Shown in pieces: positions 54,948-64,000 of a stretch of DNA of 64,000 nucleotides. The DNA comes from an uncultured virus (IMG/VR IMGVR_UViG_3300025030_000084). Taxonomy: Duplodnaviria; Heunggongvirae; Uroviricota; Caudoviricetes. The position numbers and the translations under genes are program-made. The stretch lies in the IMG/VR virus record IMGVR_UViG_3300025030_000084; one strand, given 5' to 3'. Within the stretch, counting starts at the first letter, position 1. Each line of letters opens with the position of its first letter. Under the pieces are notes generated by a model, which was not told the DNA's origin, ran no database searches, and worked only from the letters and a program-made list of their open reading frames with translations.

Positions 54948-55328
54948 ATGGCATGGACGTATTCAGGTAATCCCGCAGCAAACAGCAAGGACGCCGTTCG
55001 TTTTCTCGTAGGTGATACTCAAGAAGACGAGCAATTGGTTCAGGACGCGGAAATATCCTGGGCCTTAGCTGAGAGTAACAACAACGTATATGCAGCAGCC
55101 GCAGCGATAGCTGACAGTATTGCCGCTTTCTTTGCCACTCAACCCGACACCGTGAAGATTGGTCCGATAACGGAACAAGCAAGTTACCGCGCCAAGAATT
55201 ATGCGGACCTTGCTATCAGGTTGAGTGCCAAAGCAAACCGCAAACAAACCATTATACCTATCGGTGGTTCAGAAACAGCCGCTACTTTCAGTAAAGGGAT
55301 GCACGATCATAACGGGGAGATTGCCTAA
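54948..55328 (+). CDS. Head-tail adaptor
   Basis: WTYSGNPA....DAVRFLVGDT....D.EI. Confidence 0.75.
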   Translation: MAWTYSGNPAANSKDAVRFLVGDTQEDEQLVQDAEISWALAESNNNVYAAAAAIADSIAAFFATQPDTVKIGPITEQASYRAKNYADLAIRLSAKANRKQTIIPIGGSETAATFSKGMHDHNGEIA

Positions 55329-55331
55329 GTC

Positions 55332-55694
55332 ATGGGTTTTTACGAAAGACAGGCAATAAAGGCGAATAAGCTGATTTCCCGGCGTGGCCTAGCCATGACC
55401 CTAAGAGTCATAACAAAGGGGGCGTATGACGCCTCTACGCGCCTGTTTGGGGCAGACATTGTAACCGATTACCCCTGCAACGGGGTGATTGAAGAATACA
55501 GCGAAAGAGACATTGACGGAACTGTTATCAAACAGGGCGACAAGAAAATCATTCTGGCAGCATACGGATTGCCCGTGCAACCGGAAGCCAAGAACTTGAT
55601 TATCATGGGGGAGGAGATTTGGCTGGTTCAGAAAAACAAGCCGCTAGCTCCCGGCGGTATCGCTGTCATTCACACGGTACAGGTTCGTAAATGA
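55332..55694 (+). CDS. Head closure/stopper protein
   Basis: IDGTVIKQGDKKI motif; gene order. Confidence 0.7.
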   Translation: MGFYERQAIKANKLISRRGLAMTLRVITKGAYDASTRLFGADIVTDYPCNGVIEEYSERDIDGTVIKQGDKKIILAAYGLPVQPEAKNLIIMGEEIWLVQKNKPLAPGGIAVIHTVQVRK

Positions 55695-56119
55695 TAGAAG
55701 ACCTGAAAAAGTTTCAACTGGATCTAACCCACTTTCATGAAATAGTGGTTCCTGAAACCCATGCGAAACTGTGCGGAAGAATCGCTTTCAGGCTGCACCA
55801 ATACGTTGTGGCAGGTTCCCCCGGTGGTCCCGGCACTCCGGTTGACACTGGATGGGCAAGAGCAAATTGGGCGGTTAAAGTAGGCTGGACTTGCCCCACT
55901 GAACCGATAGGAACTTATCCCGGTAAAGGCAACAAGACCGATCTACCTGTGTTCAACGCAGCGGGTGCGGTATTCACCTTACCGAAATACCCGTTCATTT
56001 GGGTATACAACAACGTGCCGTATATCGAAGCATTGGAAGACGGACACAGCGGCCAAGCACCTACGGGTGTGTTATCCGGGGCATTAAACTCAATCCAAAC
56101 ATTCGTGGACAGCTTGTGA
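55691..56119 (+). CDS. Neck/tail completion protein (HK97 gp10-like)
   Basis: TPVDTGWARANW, NNVPYIEALEDGHSGQAP. Confidence 0.8.
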   Translation: MIEDLKKFQLDLTHFHEIVVPETHAKLCGRIAFRLHQYVVAGSPGGPGTPVDTGWARANWAVKVGWTCPTEPIGTYPGKGNKTDLPVFNAAGAVFTLPKYPFIWVYNNVPYIEALEDGHSGQAPTGVLSGALNSIQTFVDSL

Positions 56120-56532
56120 GCATAATAACTGAACATCTTGAATTAGGCACAAGGTTTAATCTGGAATGGGATAGCCGCACTCCGATAGCCTGGCCTAACT
56201 TGGAATTTGAGCCGCCTGCGCTCGATCAGGGTAACGCGGAATGGGTCCGGTTCAACATTATCGACAATGATGATGGGCAGCAGATTACTATCGGTTCGGG
56301 CTTGAATGTGTGCCGGTTCACAGGCGTTATCATTATTCAGGTGTTCACGTCTCTGAACATAGGCAATCTTCCTGCACTCACCCGCGCCAATGAGATAGCG
56401 GCGATTTTCAATAAGTGGTGCGGGACCAACATAACGTGCAAGGTAGCTTCGGTTAAAGAGATCGGTGACGATAAAAACGGCAGGTATCAGGTTAATTGCT
56501 TGATACCTTTTCACAGGGACGAATTACTTTAA
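56116..56532 (+). CDS. Tail terminator protein
   Basis: IAWPN..FEPP, WVRF, G.IIIQVF; GTGA coupling. Confidence 0.7.
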   Translation: MSIITEHLELGTRFNLEWDSRTPIAWPNLEFEPPALDQGNAEWVRFNIIDNDDGQQITIGSGLNVCRFTGVIIIQVFTSLNIGNLPALTRANEIAAIFNKWCGTNITCKVASVKEIGDDKNGRYQVNCLIPFHRDELL

Positions 56533-56538
56533 AGGAGG

Positions 56539-56721
56539 TTGAATATGGTAAGGCTGTTGGAAGTGCAGATGGTTGACGGGAAGAAGGTGGAAGCGGGGGA
56601 GGTTATCTCAGCGGACACGGCAACCGAAACCGCGCTGGTAGCACACGGCAAAGCGGAATTCGTTGTTGTTGAGGAAAAAGAACTGCCGGGAATATACGTC
56701 GAAGAAAAGAAAGGGAAATAA
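56539..56721 (+). CDS. Small hypothetical protein
   Basis: AAGGAGG RBS; GEVI...LV.HGKAE. Confidence 0.55.
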   Translation: MNMVRLLEVQMVDGKKVEAGEVISADTATETALVAHGKAEFVVVEEKELPGIYVEEKKGK

Positions 56722-56753
56722 ACAACACACTATCAAGATAAGGAGAGTAAACA

Positions 56754-57944
56754 ATGCCCACAACTGGTTTTGCCGCTGGCGTAGCATCCAACGACGTACT
56801 GCTTTCGTATGCACCTGAAGCGACTTGGGGAACGAAACCGGCAGTTGCGTTCAATCAGATCCGTGTTCAGTCGGAGGGGTTCCAAGTTTCCAAAACCCGC
56901 GCACGTCCCGATGAGATCAACAGCGGGGGTCAGGTAAGTTCCGCTGTCACAACCAAAGTGGAGTGCAAGGGGGATGTGAAGTTTGCGCTTTCCACCGCAA
57001 CCCCGCTGGACCTTTTCACAGCTTCCATCATGGGCGTGGCTGATACCGCTATCAGCTTTGCAGCAAAAACAACCATCGCTGCTACCGCTTCGGGCTTTAC
57101 CGATTCCGGCAGCGGTTTTGTCACCGGGAACATTCACGCCGGAGACTGGATCAGGGTCAAGGGCTATCTTGCAGGTAATGCAGCTATCAACGGGTACTAT
57201 CAGGTGCTTACCGTTGTTGCCGGTACGATCACCACGCTTCCGGCACCCCCGCAGACAGCGGCAGCAGGGGATTCTGTTACTATCACCGGTAACAAGGTGC
57301 TTAACGGGACTACGGTAAACAGCTTTTATTTCCAGAAGCAGCTTGCCGCAGCACTCTTCCTCCAGTATCCGGGTTCGACTCCGATTTCTGGCAGCATCTC
57401 TGCTTCGTTAGGTTCCTTCTTTTCCGGGGATCTCGCATTTCTGAGCAAGAGCGAAGTCAAAGCAACTACCGATGGGTCTACCGGGGCGCAGGTTGCCGCA
57501 GGTACGGGAAGCGTGATTGATACCATTAACGGTTTCGGGACCATCTACCGTGGCACAACGGCCCTTTCGGCGCTTCTTAACAAGATTGACCTGAAATGGC
57601 AGCAGCAGAACGCAAGGGGACAGTACGGACTCGGTTCCACGGCTGCACAGGGCTTCGGCAAGGGGCAGTTGGAAGTGACCGGCAGCATGGAAGTTTATTT
57701 CAAGGACTTCGCGCTGTATGACGAATTCATTGCGGAAACCGCCGCTATGATATCCTTCCGTGCGGTTGACCTTACCGGCGCAGGTTACGTGTTCACCGTG
57801 GCGAACGCCACTATCATGAATCCGACCATTGTAGCAGGCGGACCCAATCAGGACGTTATGGCAACGTTCCAGATTGAGGGCAACCCCTCCGCAGCGGGCG
57901 GGATCTTCGCAGGAGCGACCCTCCAGATCGATAAAGTGACCTAG
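56754..57944 (+). CDS. Major tail tube protein
   Basis: YAPEATWGT.P, EVTGSMEVYF; upstream of the chaperones and TMP. Confidence 0.8.
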   Translation: MPTTGFAAGVASNDVLLSYAPEATWGTKPAVAFNQIRVQSEGFQVSKTRARPDEINSGGQVSSAVTTKVECKGDVKFALSTATPLDLFTASIMGVADTAISFAAKTTIAATASGFTDSGSGFVTGNIHAGDWIRVKGYLAGNAAINGYYQVLTVVAGTITTLPAPPQTAAAGDSVTITGNKVLNGTTVNSFYFQKQLAAALFLQYPGSTPISGSISASLGSFFSGDLAFLSKSEVKATTDGSTGAQVAAGTGSVIDTINGFGTIYRGTTALSALLNKIDLKWQQQNARGQYGLGSTAAQGFGKGQLEVTGSMEVYFKDFALYDEFIAETAAMISFRAVDLTGAGYVFTVANATIMNPTIVAGGPNQDVMATFQIEGNPSAAGGIFAGATLQIDKVT

Positions 57945-58101
57945 TTGATAGGTCATGAGATTTGGCGGCGCACGTTACCCCCTTCCGTGTGTTCCGAATT
58001 GCGGATTTACCGCCAATTATAATTTGGTTAAGGGGTAGGGCAGGGCAACAGCATAACCTCGGCTATATGAGGTAATTTTTGAAGTCAAAAGGGGGAACAC
58101 A

Positions 58102-58557
58102 ATGGCAAATCCTTACAACATGTTCAAAACCGATCCGCAGCTTGAGTCCGAAACCGGCATCATCCTCGATTACGGCGATTTCCGTTTCCGTGTCGGCAGG
58201 GCGGGGGGTGCAAACAAGAAGTACAGCAAGCTCATCGAAGCTCGCATGAAGCCGCATCAGCGGGCGCTGACTGCCGGGACGCTGGACGAAGCTGTAGCAA
58301 CCCGCATCCTCGTGGAAGTCTTCTCTTCCACTGTTATCTTCGACTGTGACGTTCTGGACAAGGAGAAAAGCACCGACGATAACCCGGTTTACATTCCCGG
58401 CATTATCAGCGAAACCGGCGAGGTTCTCCCGGACGAAGTTCAGAACCGCGTTTCGTGCTTGCTCAACCTGCCGGAACTGTTTCTGGATATCAGGAAGCAG
58501 GCGAACGACTTTACCCTGTTCCTTCTGTCGCAGCAGGAAGAAATCGCAAAAAACTGA
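58102..58557 (+). CDS. Tail assembly chaperone (gpG-like)
   Basis: FKTD..LE..G...RAGGANKKY...LPELF; ends at the slippery site. Confidence 0.8.
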   Translation: MANPYNMFKTDPQLESETGIILDYGDFRFRVGRAGGANKKYSKLIEARMKPHQRALTAGTLDEAVATRILVEVFSSTVIFDCDVLDKEKSTDDNPVYIPGIISETGEVLPDEVQNRVSCLLNLPELFLDIRKQANDFTLFLLSQQEEIAKN

Positions 58558-58886
58558 TAAGCTGCCTTGAATGGAACTCAACATGGGGTAATCGCTTACA
58601 AGCGTTGACAGAGATGGAGCAGAGTACAGGGGAAACACCCCATGCCCTGCTCCATCGCCCCACGCCAAACCCTGAAGACATACCCTATTGGAACGCTTTT
58701 CAGGATTTGACAGGTTCAAGGCAGTGGACTCAAGCTGGACCCGCATCAATACCCTTTCAAACGATTATTCTTTGGCTGGACGAGAATTTGGTGTATGACG
58801 TAGACGATAGGGCAGACTATATCAGAGTCATTCAGCAAATTGACGCAGGCTACTTAAATATACAATACGCCAAACTTAAAAAATAG
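58548..58886 (+). CDS. Tail chaperone gpGT extension via -1 frameshift
   Basis: A AAA AAC at 58548-58554; the -1 frame is open to 58886 with WNAFQDLTGSR...IPF. Confidence 0.75.
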   Translation, partial: KKLISCLEWNSTWGNRLQALTEMEQSTGETPHALLHRPTPNPEDIPYWNAFQDLTGSRQWTQAGPASIPFQTIILWLDENLVYDVDDRADYIRVIQQIDAGYLNIQYAKLKK

Positions 58887-58893
58887 GTGACGC

Positions 58894-61800
58894 ATGGGCC
58901 ACGAAACATTTTTGAGAGTCGGGATAGACGGCACAGGCGCACAGACGGGGGCGCGGGTCGTAACCCGTTCCCTTAGCGACATATCCAATCAAGCCGCACA
59001 GACGCACAATTCCATGCAGCACTTACGAAACATATTTCTTGGTTTCGGGGGTGCTGCTGTTGGCATTTACGGGGTAGCAACAGCTTTCCAGAAGTTGCGA
59101 GAAGCACTGATGGGCGTTTTGGAATACATGGGGCGGATCGAAACTGAAACACTAGGTATCGCCGCCTCTTTTACTACAGGGGGGCGTTTTGTTGAGACGC
59201 TGACCGGTAAGGTGCTTCAGGGACAGAATGCGCTGAATGCCGCTATGAACGTTTCAAGGTCCGTGATCGATCAGTTACGCGTGGCGAACTTCAACACCAT
59301 AGCAACCCTCGACCAATTGATATACGCCTATCAGGTGACGCTGCCCGTTGCAATGGGTAAGGGTTTCGACAAGGCTAAAGTTATGGACTTCACCGTTGCT
59401 ATGGTACAGGCAGCGGGTGCTATCGGTTTGCCGTTTGACCAGATAGCTGAAGAAACGAGGTCCATGCTGACCGGCAACATTACTCGTAACTCTCGTATTG
59501 CACAGGTGCTCGGTATCCGGCCCGAAGACGTACACGCAATTAAAAATGATAGTGAAGCCCTTTTCAGTTTCCTCATGGGTAGGCTGGAAGGGTTTAAGCA
59601 AGCTGGTATCGAGTCGCAAAAAACATGGGCCGGTTTGTGGTCTAACTTCAAAGACGTGGCGCAACAGGCGCTTTCTCTTTCGTTTGAGCCTATGTTCAAC
59701 GAAGTGAAGCGCGGTCTTAAAGGCATGATTGACTACATGGGTACGGTTGATAATGAAGCTAAAAAATTCAACTGGAATCCTGAAGTTCTTGAAAACCTCA
59801 AGGAACTGAAAGAAGGGTTGAAAGACGTGCTTGCTTTTATCAGCGGTACGGTTTCTTTCTTTAACAAATACGGTGACGCAATTCTCACTGTAGTAAAAGC
59901 TTACGTTGGCTATAAAGCGGCTATACTCGCAAACACGCTGCTTCAGAAAACAATGAACAGCGAACTTATGCAGACGATAGCACTTCAGATAAAGTTAGCG
60001 ACAACTGTAACAAGAACGCAAGTTAAAGACGGGTACGATTACAAGGGTCGAATGTTATCCCCATTTGGTCAGGTGGGGACTAACGGCGGTATGCACGGAG
60101 ATGGTTCTACTGTTATCAGCGGCGACGTGGCAGGTATGAACAAGTTTAAGCAAGCCGCCAATGCTAACGCCGCTGCCGCTGCCGCAAGCGCAATGGCTGC
60201 TGAAACCGCTGCTGTCAGGGAACTATCAGCCGCGAAGCTGGCAGAACAAAAGACAAGGCTTGCTGTTAATCTTGCGGAACAGGAAAGCATAAGAACTTCC
60301 ATGCAATCGCTATCCTCCACTCAGGCGGCAAACACCGCTACTTATGCCAAGATTGCGGCAAAGGAAAGAGAGGCTGCGTCTGAAGTAACCTCACTTACCA
60401 TGCTTCGCGCATCTATCGAAGCCGAAAGAGCGTTGATTGTTACCAAAATGCAGGCATTGGATGCTGATGCCGTAGCTTTGGCATTACAGGAACGGACGCT
60501 AATCGCCAAGCAAGCCAATAGAGCGGCTACCGTTGCAGAGACTCAGCAACTCTTGGTACAGAAACAGGCATTGATAGCTAAGTGGGAGTCTGAACTGTTC
60601 TTTGAGGGGCGCAGCTTAACCCAATCTTCCGGCCTTAATCTGCTCAAGCAACAGGAAATCAACTTACGCCGTTCTCTTTCCGCGCACACGCGTCAAGCTG
60701 CTGTTGAAGAAGCGACGTTGGTTACTATAAAACAAAAGGCCATTGCAACTGATGTGGCAAAAGCACAGGCAATCAATGCGCTGGTTCCCTTGGCGGTTCA
60801 GCAAAACGGAGTTGAGCGGCAACTATCGGCTGCTGTTGCAACCCATAGCGCCTTAGAATTACGCGCAGGTTCCGCGTTGACGGAAAGGGGTGTTGCCGCA
60901 AAACAGCTTGTAGCTACTGAAATAGCGCAAGTGGGTATCGAGAAAGAATTGACGGCAGCAACTACAGCCGCAACGATAGCAACGGCAAACGAGCAGAAAG
61001 CAACTAACGCCGCAACAGTCGCCAAAATAAGGGCGACAGAAGCAAACGCGGCTCTTACCCTTAGTTCTCGCCTTGCAGCGGGCGCAATGGGCATCCTGCG
61101 CGGTGCTTTGGCAGCTTTGGGCGGGCCTGTTGGGGCAATTATTACCGTGTTGGGCGTGGCAGCAATGGCTTGGTTCACTTTCGGTAACAAAGCGGAAGAG
61201 GCAAACAAGAAAGCGTTGACGGACGCCGACTCGGTACTGAAGAATCTGGACGATCAGATAGATAAGCTTAACGAAATCAACCGGCTCAAATCAGATACCA
61301 AGTACACCCCTTCCATTGACCTGAAAGATAGGTCTTTGGCTGATTCTTCTTTGGGGTTGAAGAATGACGAACTCAGGGCAATCGCCACTTATAAGGCTGA
61401 ACTGACCGCACTGGATAACAAGCTTTCCAAAATGCTTAATGACAATATTGGATTTGAGTTGTCGGAAGAAGACACTAAACGCTATAAGGAACTGGAAGGT
61501 AGTATACAGCGTATTATTGATAACAGGTTGAAGTTGAACTTTGTTGAGAAGGAGCAAGCCTCCCCGGAATATGTAGCTAACGATAAAGTAGAAACAGACG
61601 CTGCCAGCAAGTTAAGCGCCTTGAGGAAGTTTCAGGACGCCAAGTTTGCTTTGGAAAAGGCGAACTCTGAATTTTCGATAGCTGGTTATAGAGAAGACGC
61701 TGCAAGGAAGCTGTCGATTCTTGAAGACAGTTATGATCAGGCGCTAACCGCTTCCACTGAGTATTACAGGGAACGTGCGAATATCGAGAAGGAGAGCATA

Positions 61801-64000
61801 GAGCAGGAAATCAGCGCCAACAACAAGTTGATAGCAGAATTGAAGAAAGGGGGTGCTGAAAAGTTCTCGGTAAAAGAAGATCCTACCGGGATTAAAGCCG
61901 CAGCCGCACAACTGGAATGGGCTGCACGTCTTGTTGACGCTAAAACTAAAGGTATCGAACTGACAAAGCAACTCGGTAACGTAACGGTTGAGACGAATAT
62001 CGCCGTTGCGCGTTCCAATAGAGATTTGATCGATCAGCAGGAGGCGCTTACTATCAGCGTACTTCAAGGACAAGGGAAGACCAAGGAAGCAGCAGAGGCC
62101 CAACTTACAACTAGAAAAGCGCAGCTTGAGATAACTGCACTTGAGACTGAGAAAACCGCAGCCGCAATAGCAGGGGATTTTCAGCGTTACGCCTTGGTTG
62201 TGTCTTTGTTGAATCTGAAGAACAAGGATATTGAATTAACGCGTAAGCAAATAGAGTTAAACGAAAAGCGTAAACAGGCCGACCCTGTGATAGCTTTAAA
62301 AAATGCGACCGGAGATTCTGTAGGTGCGTTAGAATTGGCGCAGGCCATTGAAAGGGAAGCTGAAGCGGTATCAGGTCTATCTGAAAAGGCGACTTCTGCC
62401 GCTGAAGCTATGCGCAAACTGAACATGGAAAAGGCGAAGCTTTCGCAGGGTTCGGAACTGGCAGACTTGCAGATTGCCGGTATAGGCGACCCTAACGCAA
62501 GGGCGATAGCACAAGAGCAACGGCGGCATGACGTATTCATGAAGAATAAGCAGCTTGAGTTGAACGCCGTGGAGAAGGGTTCTAAGCGGGCGCTGGAAAT
62601 TCAGGCGCAAATGAATCAAGACACAGCAAACAAGGATGCAGCGGTAAATAAGCTGAAGCTTGACGGCGCGGCTCAGTACACAGGCATGGCGGGGCAACTC
62701 TTCTCTGCACTCGCAACCACTCAGGATGAAAGCAGCCGGAAGGGGTTTGAAGCAGCAAAGGCATTTAACATAGCGGCGGTTATCATGAACACGGCAACCG
62801 CAGTCATGGCACAGCTATCAATTCCCGGCCCCGTAGGTTGGGCGGGTGCTGCACTGGCCGGTGCAATGGGCGTTATCAATCTAGCCAAGGTTATGTCTAC
62901 CACTTTCGGAGGGGCTGGTTCCATTGCTTCTTCACCTAGCGGCGGGTTTGGTGCAGGTTCTTCCGTGGACGGTAATCGTGGTGTTGGGGGGAGTATCGGT
63001 TCAAGGATAACTTCTGCTTATGACCAGCAATCGCAGGAATCTTTGGGTAGGATAGCAGGAAGCATGGAAAACGCTTCTTTGGCAATTATGAAAGTTGCCG
63101 ATGGGCTTACCAAGATATCCGACCTGTTTAAAGAGGGCGGTTTCCTAGCAATGGCTTCGGGTGCGGCACCGGGGATTAACGGGGAAACGAACAGGGTAGA
63201 ATCTGCCGGATGGTTCAAGACAACCACGGGCCTTAACGGTTTCTCCAAGTACACCGACCCACTTGCGGTTTTTAAGAATATCGGCAGCGGTCTTTTCGGC
63301 ATGGGTAATAAGTTCCAGACAACCGGGGGCGGTTTTACCTTGGGTCTGGAAAACGGGGATATTTCCAGTCAGAACTATATCGAACAGAAGAAAGCGGGGG
63401 GCTGGTTCAAGAAGGGTAAGACTCGCACCCTTTATAACGAAGGGGATGCTGGTTTTGAAGACGCAATGCAAACGGCGCTTGACCAGATCAAAGCAACTGT
63501 TATCAGGGCAGCAGCAAGCACCGGCACCACTACAGCACTGAATGAAGCGAAGATCGATCAGATGAAGATAGCAACTGCTGGCCGGTCTTCCGAAGACATA
63601 CAGAAAGACCTTGAGGCATTTTTCACTCAGGCGTCAAACGAGCTTGCAAAAACAACCGTAGGGCTGAAGGAATTTGCGTTCTATGGGGAGGACGCCTTTA
63701 CCGCTTTGGTGCGCCTCTCGACCTCTTTACAGGGCGTAAACGAGCTATTTGAACTCACGAACCACACGCTCATAGCAGCCTCTCTTGAAGGGGCAGACGC
63801 CGCATACAGGCTTGCCGATGCTTTCGGTGGGCTTGAGGAAATGAGTGATAGCGTAAATGAATACTTTCAAGGAATGTTCACCGACTCGGAGCGGGCTGCT
63901 TTGGAAACCGCACAGGCAACAAGACAGGTTCAAGCGGCGTTTGCTGGCATACATCAAACCGTTCCTAAAACCCGTGAGGAATTCAGGACGCTTGTTGATT
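58894..64000 (+). CDS. Tape measure protein, 3' partial (>1700 aa)
   Basis: ATG 58894 (MGHETFLRVGIDGTGA); Ala-rich helical, LGGPVG-type motif; still in frame at the window end. Absent from the ORF track, consistent with no stop codon. Confidence 0.88.
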   Translation, partial: MGHETFLRVGIDGTGAQTGARVVTRSLSDISNQAAQTHNSMQHLRNIFLGFGGAAVGIYGVATAFQKLREALMGVLEYMGRIETETLGIAASFTTGGRFVETLTGKVLQGQNALNAAMNVSRSVIDQLRVANFNTIATLDQLIYAYQVTLPVAMGKGFDKAKVMDFTVAMVQAAGAIGLPFDQIAEETRSMLTGNITRNSRIAQVLGIRPEDVHAIKNDSEALFSFLMGRLEGFKQAGIESQKTWAGLWSNFKDVAQQALSLSFEPMFNEVKRGLKGMIDYMGTVDNEAKKFNWNPEVLENLKELKEGLKDVLAFISGTVSFFNKYGDAILTVVKAYVGYKAAILANTLLQKTMNSELMQTIALQIKLATTVTRTQVKDGYDYKGRMLSPFGQVGTNGGMHGDGSTVISGDVAGMNKFKQAANANAAAAAASAMAAETAAVRELSAAKLAEQKTRLAVNLAEQESIRTSMQSLSSTQAANTATYAKIAAKEREAASEVTSLTMLRASIEAERALIVTKMQALDADAVALALQERTLIAKQANRAATVAETQQLLVQKQALIAKWESELFFEGRSLTQSSGLNLLKQQEINLRRSLSAHTRQAAVEEATLVTIKQKAIATDVAKAQAINALVPLAVQQNGVERQLSAAVATHSALELRAGSALTERGVAAKQLVATEIAQVGIEKELTAATTAATIATANEQKATNAATVAKIRATEANAALTLSSRLAAGAMGILRGALAALGGPVGAIITVLGVAAMAWFTFGNKAEEANKKALTDADSVLKNLDDQIDKLNEINRLKSDTKYTPSIDLKDRSLADSSLGLKNDELRAIATYKAELTALDNKLSKMLNDNIGFELSEEDTKRYKELEGSIQRIIDNRLKLNFVEKEQASPEYVANDKVETDAASKLSALRKFQDAKFALEKANSEFSIAGYREDAARKLSILEDSYDQALTASTEYYRERANIEKESIEQEISANNKLIAELKKGGAEKFSVKEDPTGIKAAAAQLEWAARLVDAKTKGIELTKQLGNVTVETNIAVARSNRDLIDQQEALTISVLQGQGKTKEAAEAQLTTRKAQLEITALETEKTAAAIAGDFQRYALVVSLLNLKNKDIELTRKQIELNEKRKQADPVIALKNATGDSVGALELAQAIEREAEAVSGLSEKATSAAEAMRKLNMEKAKLSQGSELADLQIAGIGDPNARAIAQEQRRHDVFMKNKQLELNAVEKGSKRALEIQAQMNQDTANKDAAVNKLKLDGAAQYTGMAGQLFSALATTQDESSRKGFEAAKAFNIAAVIMNTATAVMAQLSIPGPVGWAGAALAGAMGVINLAKVMSTTFGGAGSIASSPSGGFGAGSSVDGNRGVGGSIGSRITSAYDQQSQESLGRIAGSMENASLAIMKVADGLTKISDLFKEGGFLAMASGAAPGINGETNRVESAGWFKTTTGLNGFSKYTDPLAVFKNIGSGLFGMGNKFQTTGGGFTLGLENGDISSQNYIEQKKAGGWFKKGKTRTLYNEGDAGFEDAMQTALDQIKATVIRAAASTGTTTALNEAKIDQMKIATAGRSSEDIQKDLEAFFTQASNELAKTTVGLKEFAFYGEDAFTALVRLSTSLQGVNELFELTNHTLIAASLEGADAAYRLADAFGGLEEMSDSVNEYFQGMFTDSERAALETAQATRQVQAAFAGIHQTVPKTREEFRTLVD

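Overview
The whole window looks like one lytic-style dsDNA tailed phage (siphovirus morphology). No host chromosomal genes are visible. It begins inside a tail-fibre gene and ends inside the tape-measure gene, so it is probably most of a circularly permuted genome. Layout: (+) 1-4233 tail fibre end, secreted/lipoproteins and lysis. (-) 4349-~40650 a large early/middle block: split SbcC with SbcD, RuvC, RecA, gp32-like SSB, HU, clamp loader, split family-A polymerase with a UDG-like domain, beta clamp, DNA methyltransferase, DnaB/DnaC/initiator, primase, SNF2 helicase, pentapeptide protein and an AAA+/vWA-peptidase module. ~40.65-42.75 kb is a structured non-coding region. Then (+) a serine resolvase, (-) a second initiator-like module, and (+) 45493-end packaging, head and tail genes. 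The most striking unexplained signal is an N-terminal peptide M-(A/S)-R-T-T shared by nine proteins from eight unrelated families (TerS, TerL, portal, scaffold, RuvC, two paralogous HNHs, two hypotheticals) and encoded with varied synonymous codons. Arg-rich C-terminal tails and RG-repeat disordered regions also recur, and together these suggest a phage-wide protein tagging/sorting system (inference). Several candidate structured RNAs, two intragenic origin-like repeats and a shared upstream promoter box were also found. All functional calls come from motif recognition by eye; no database search was run.
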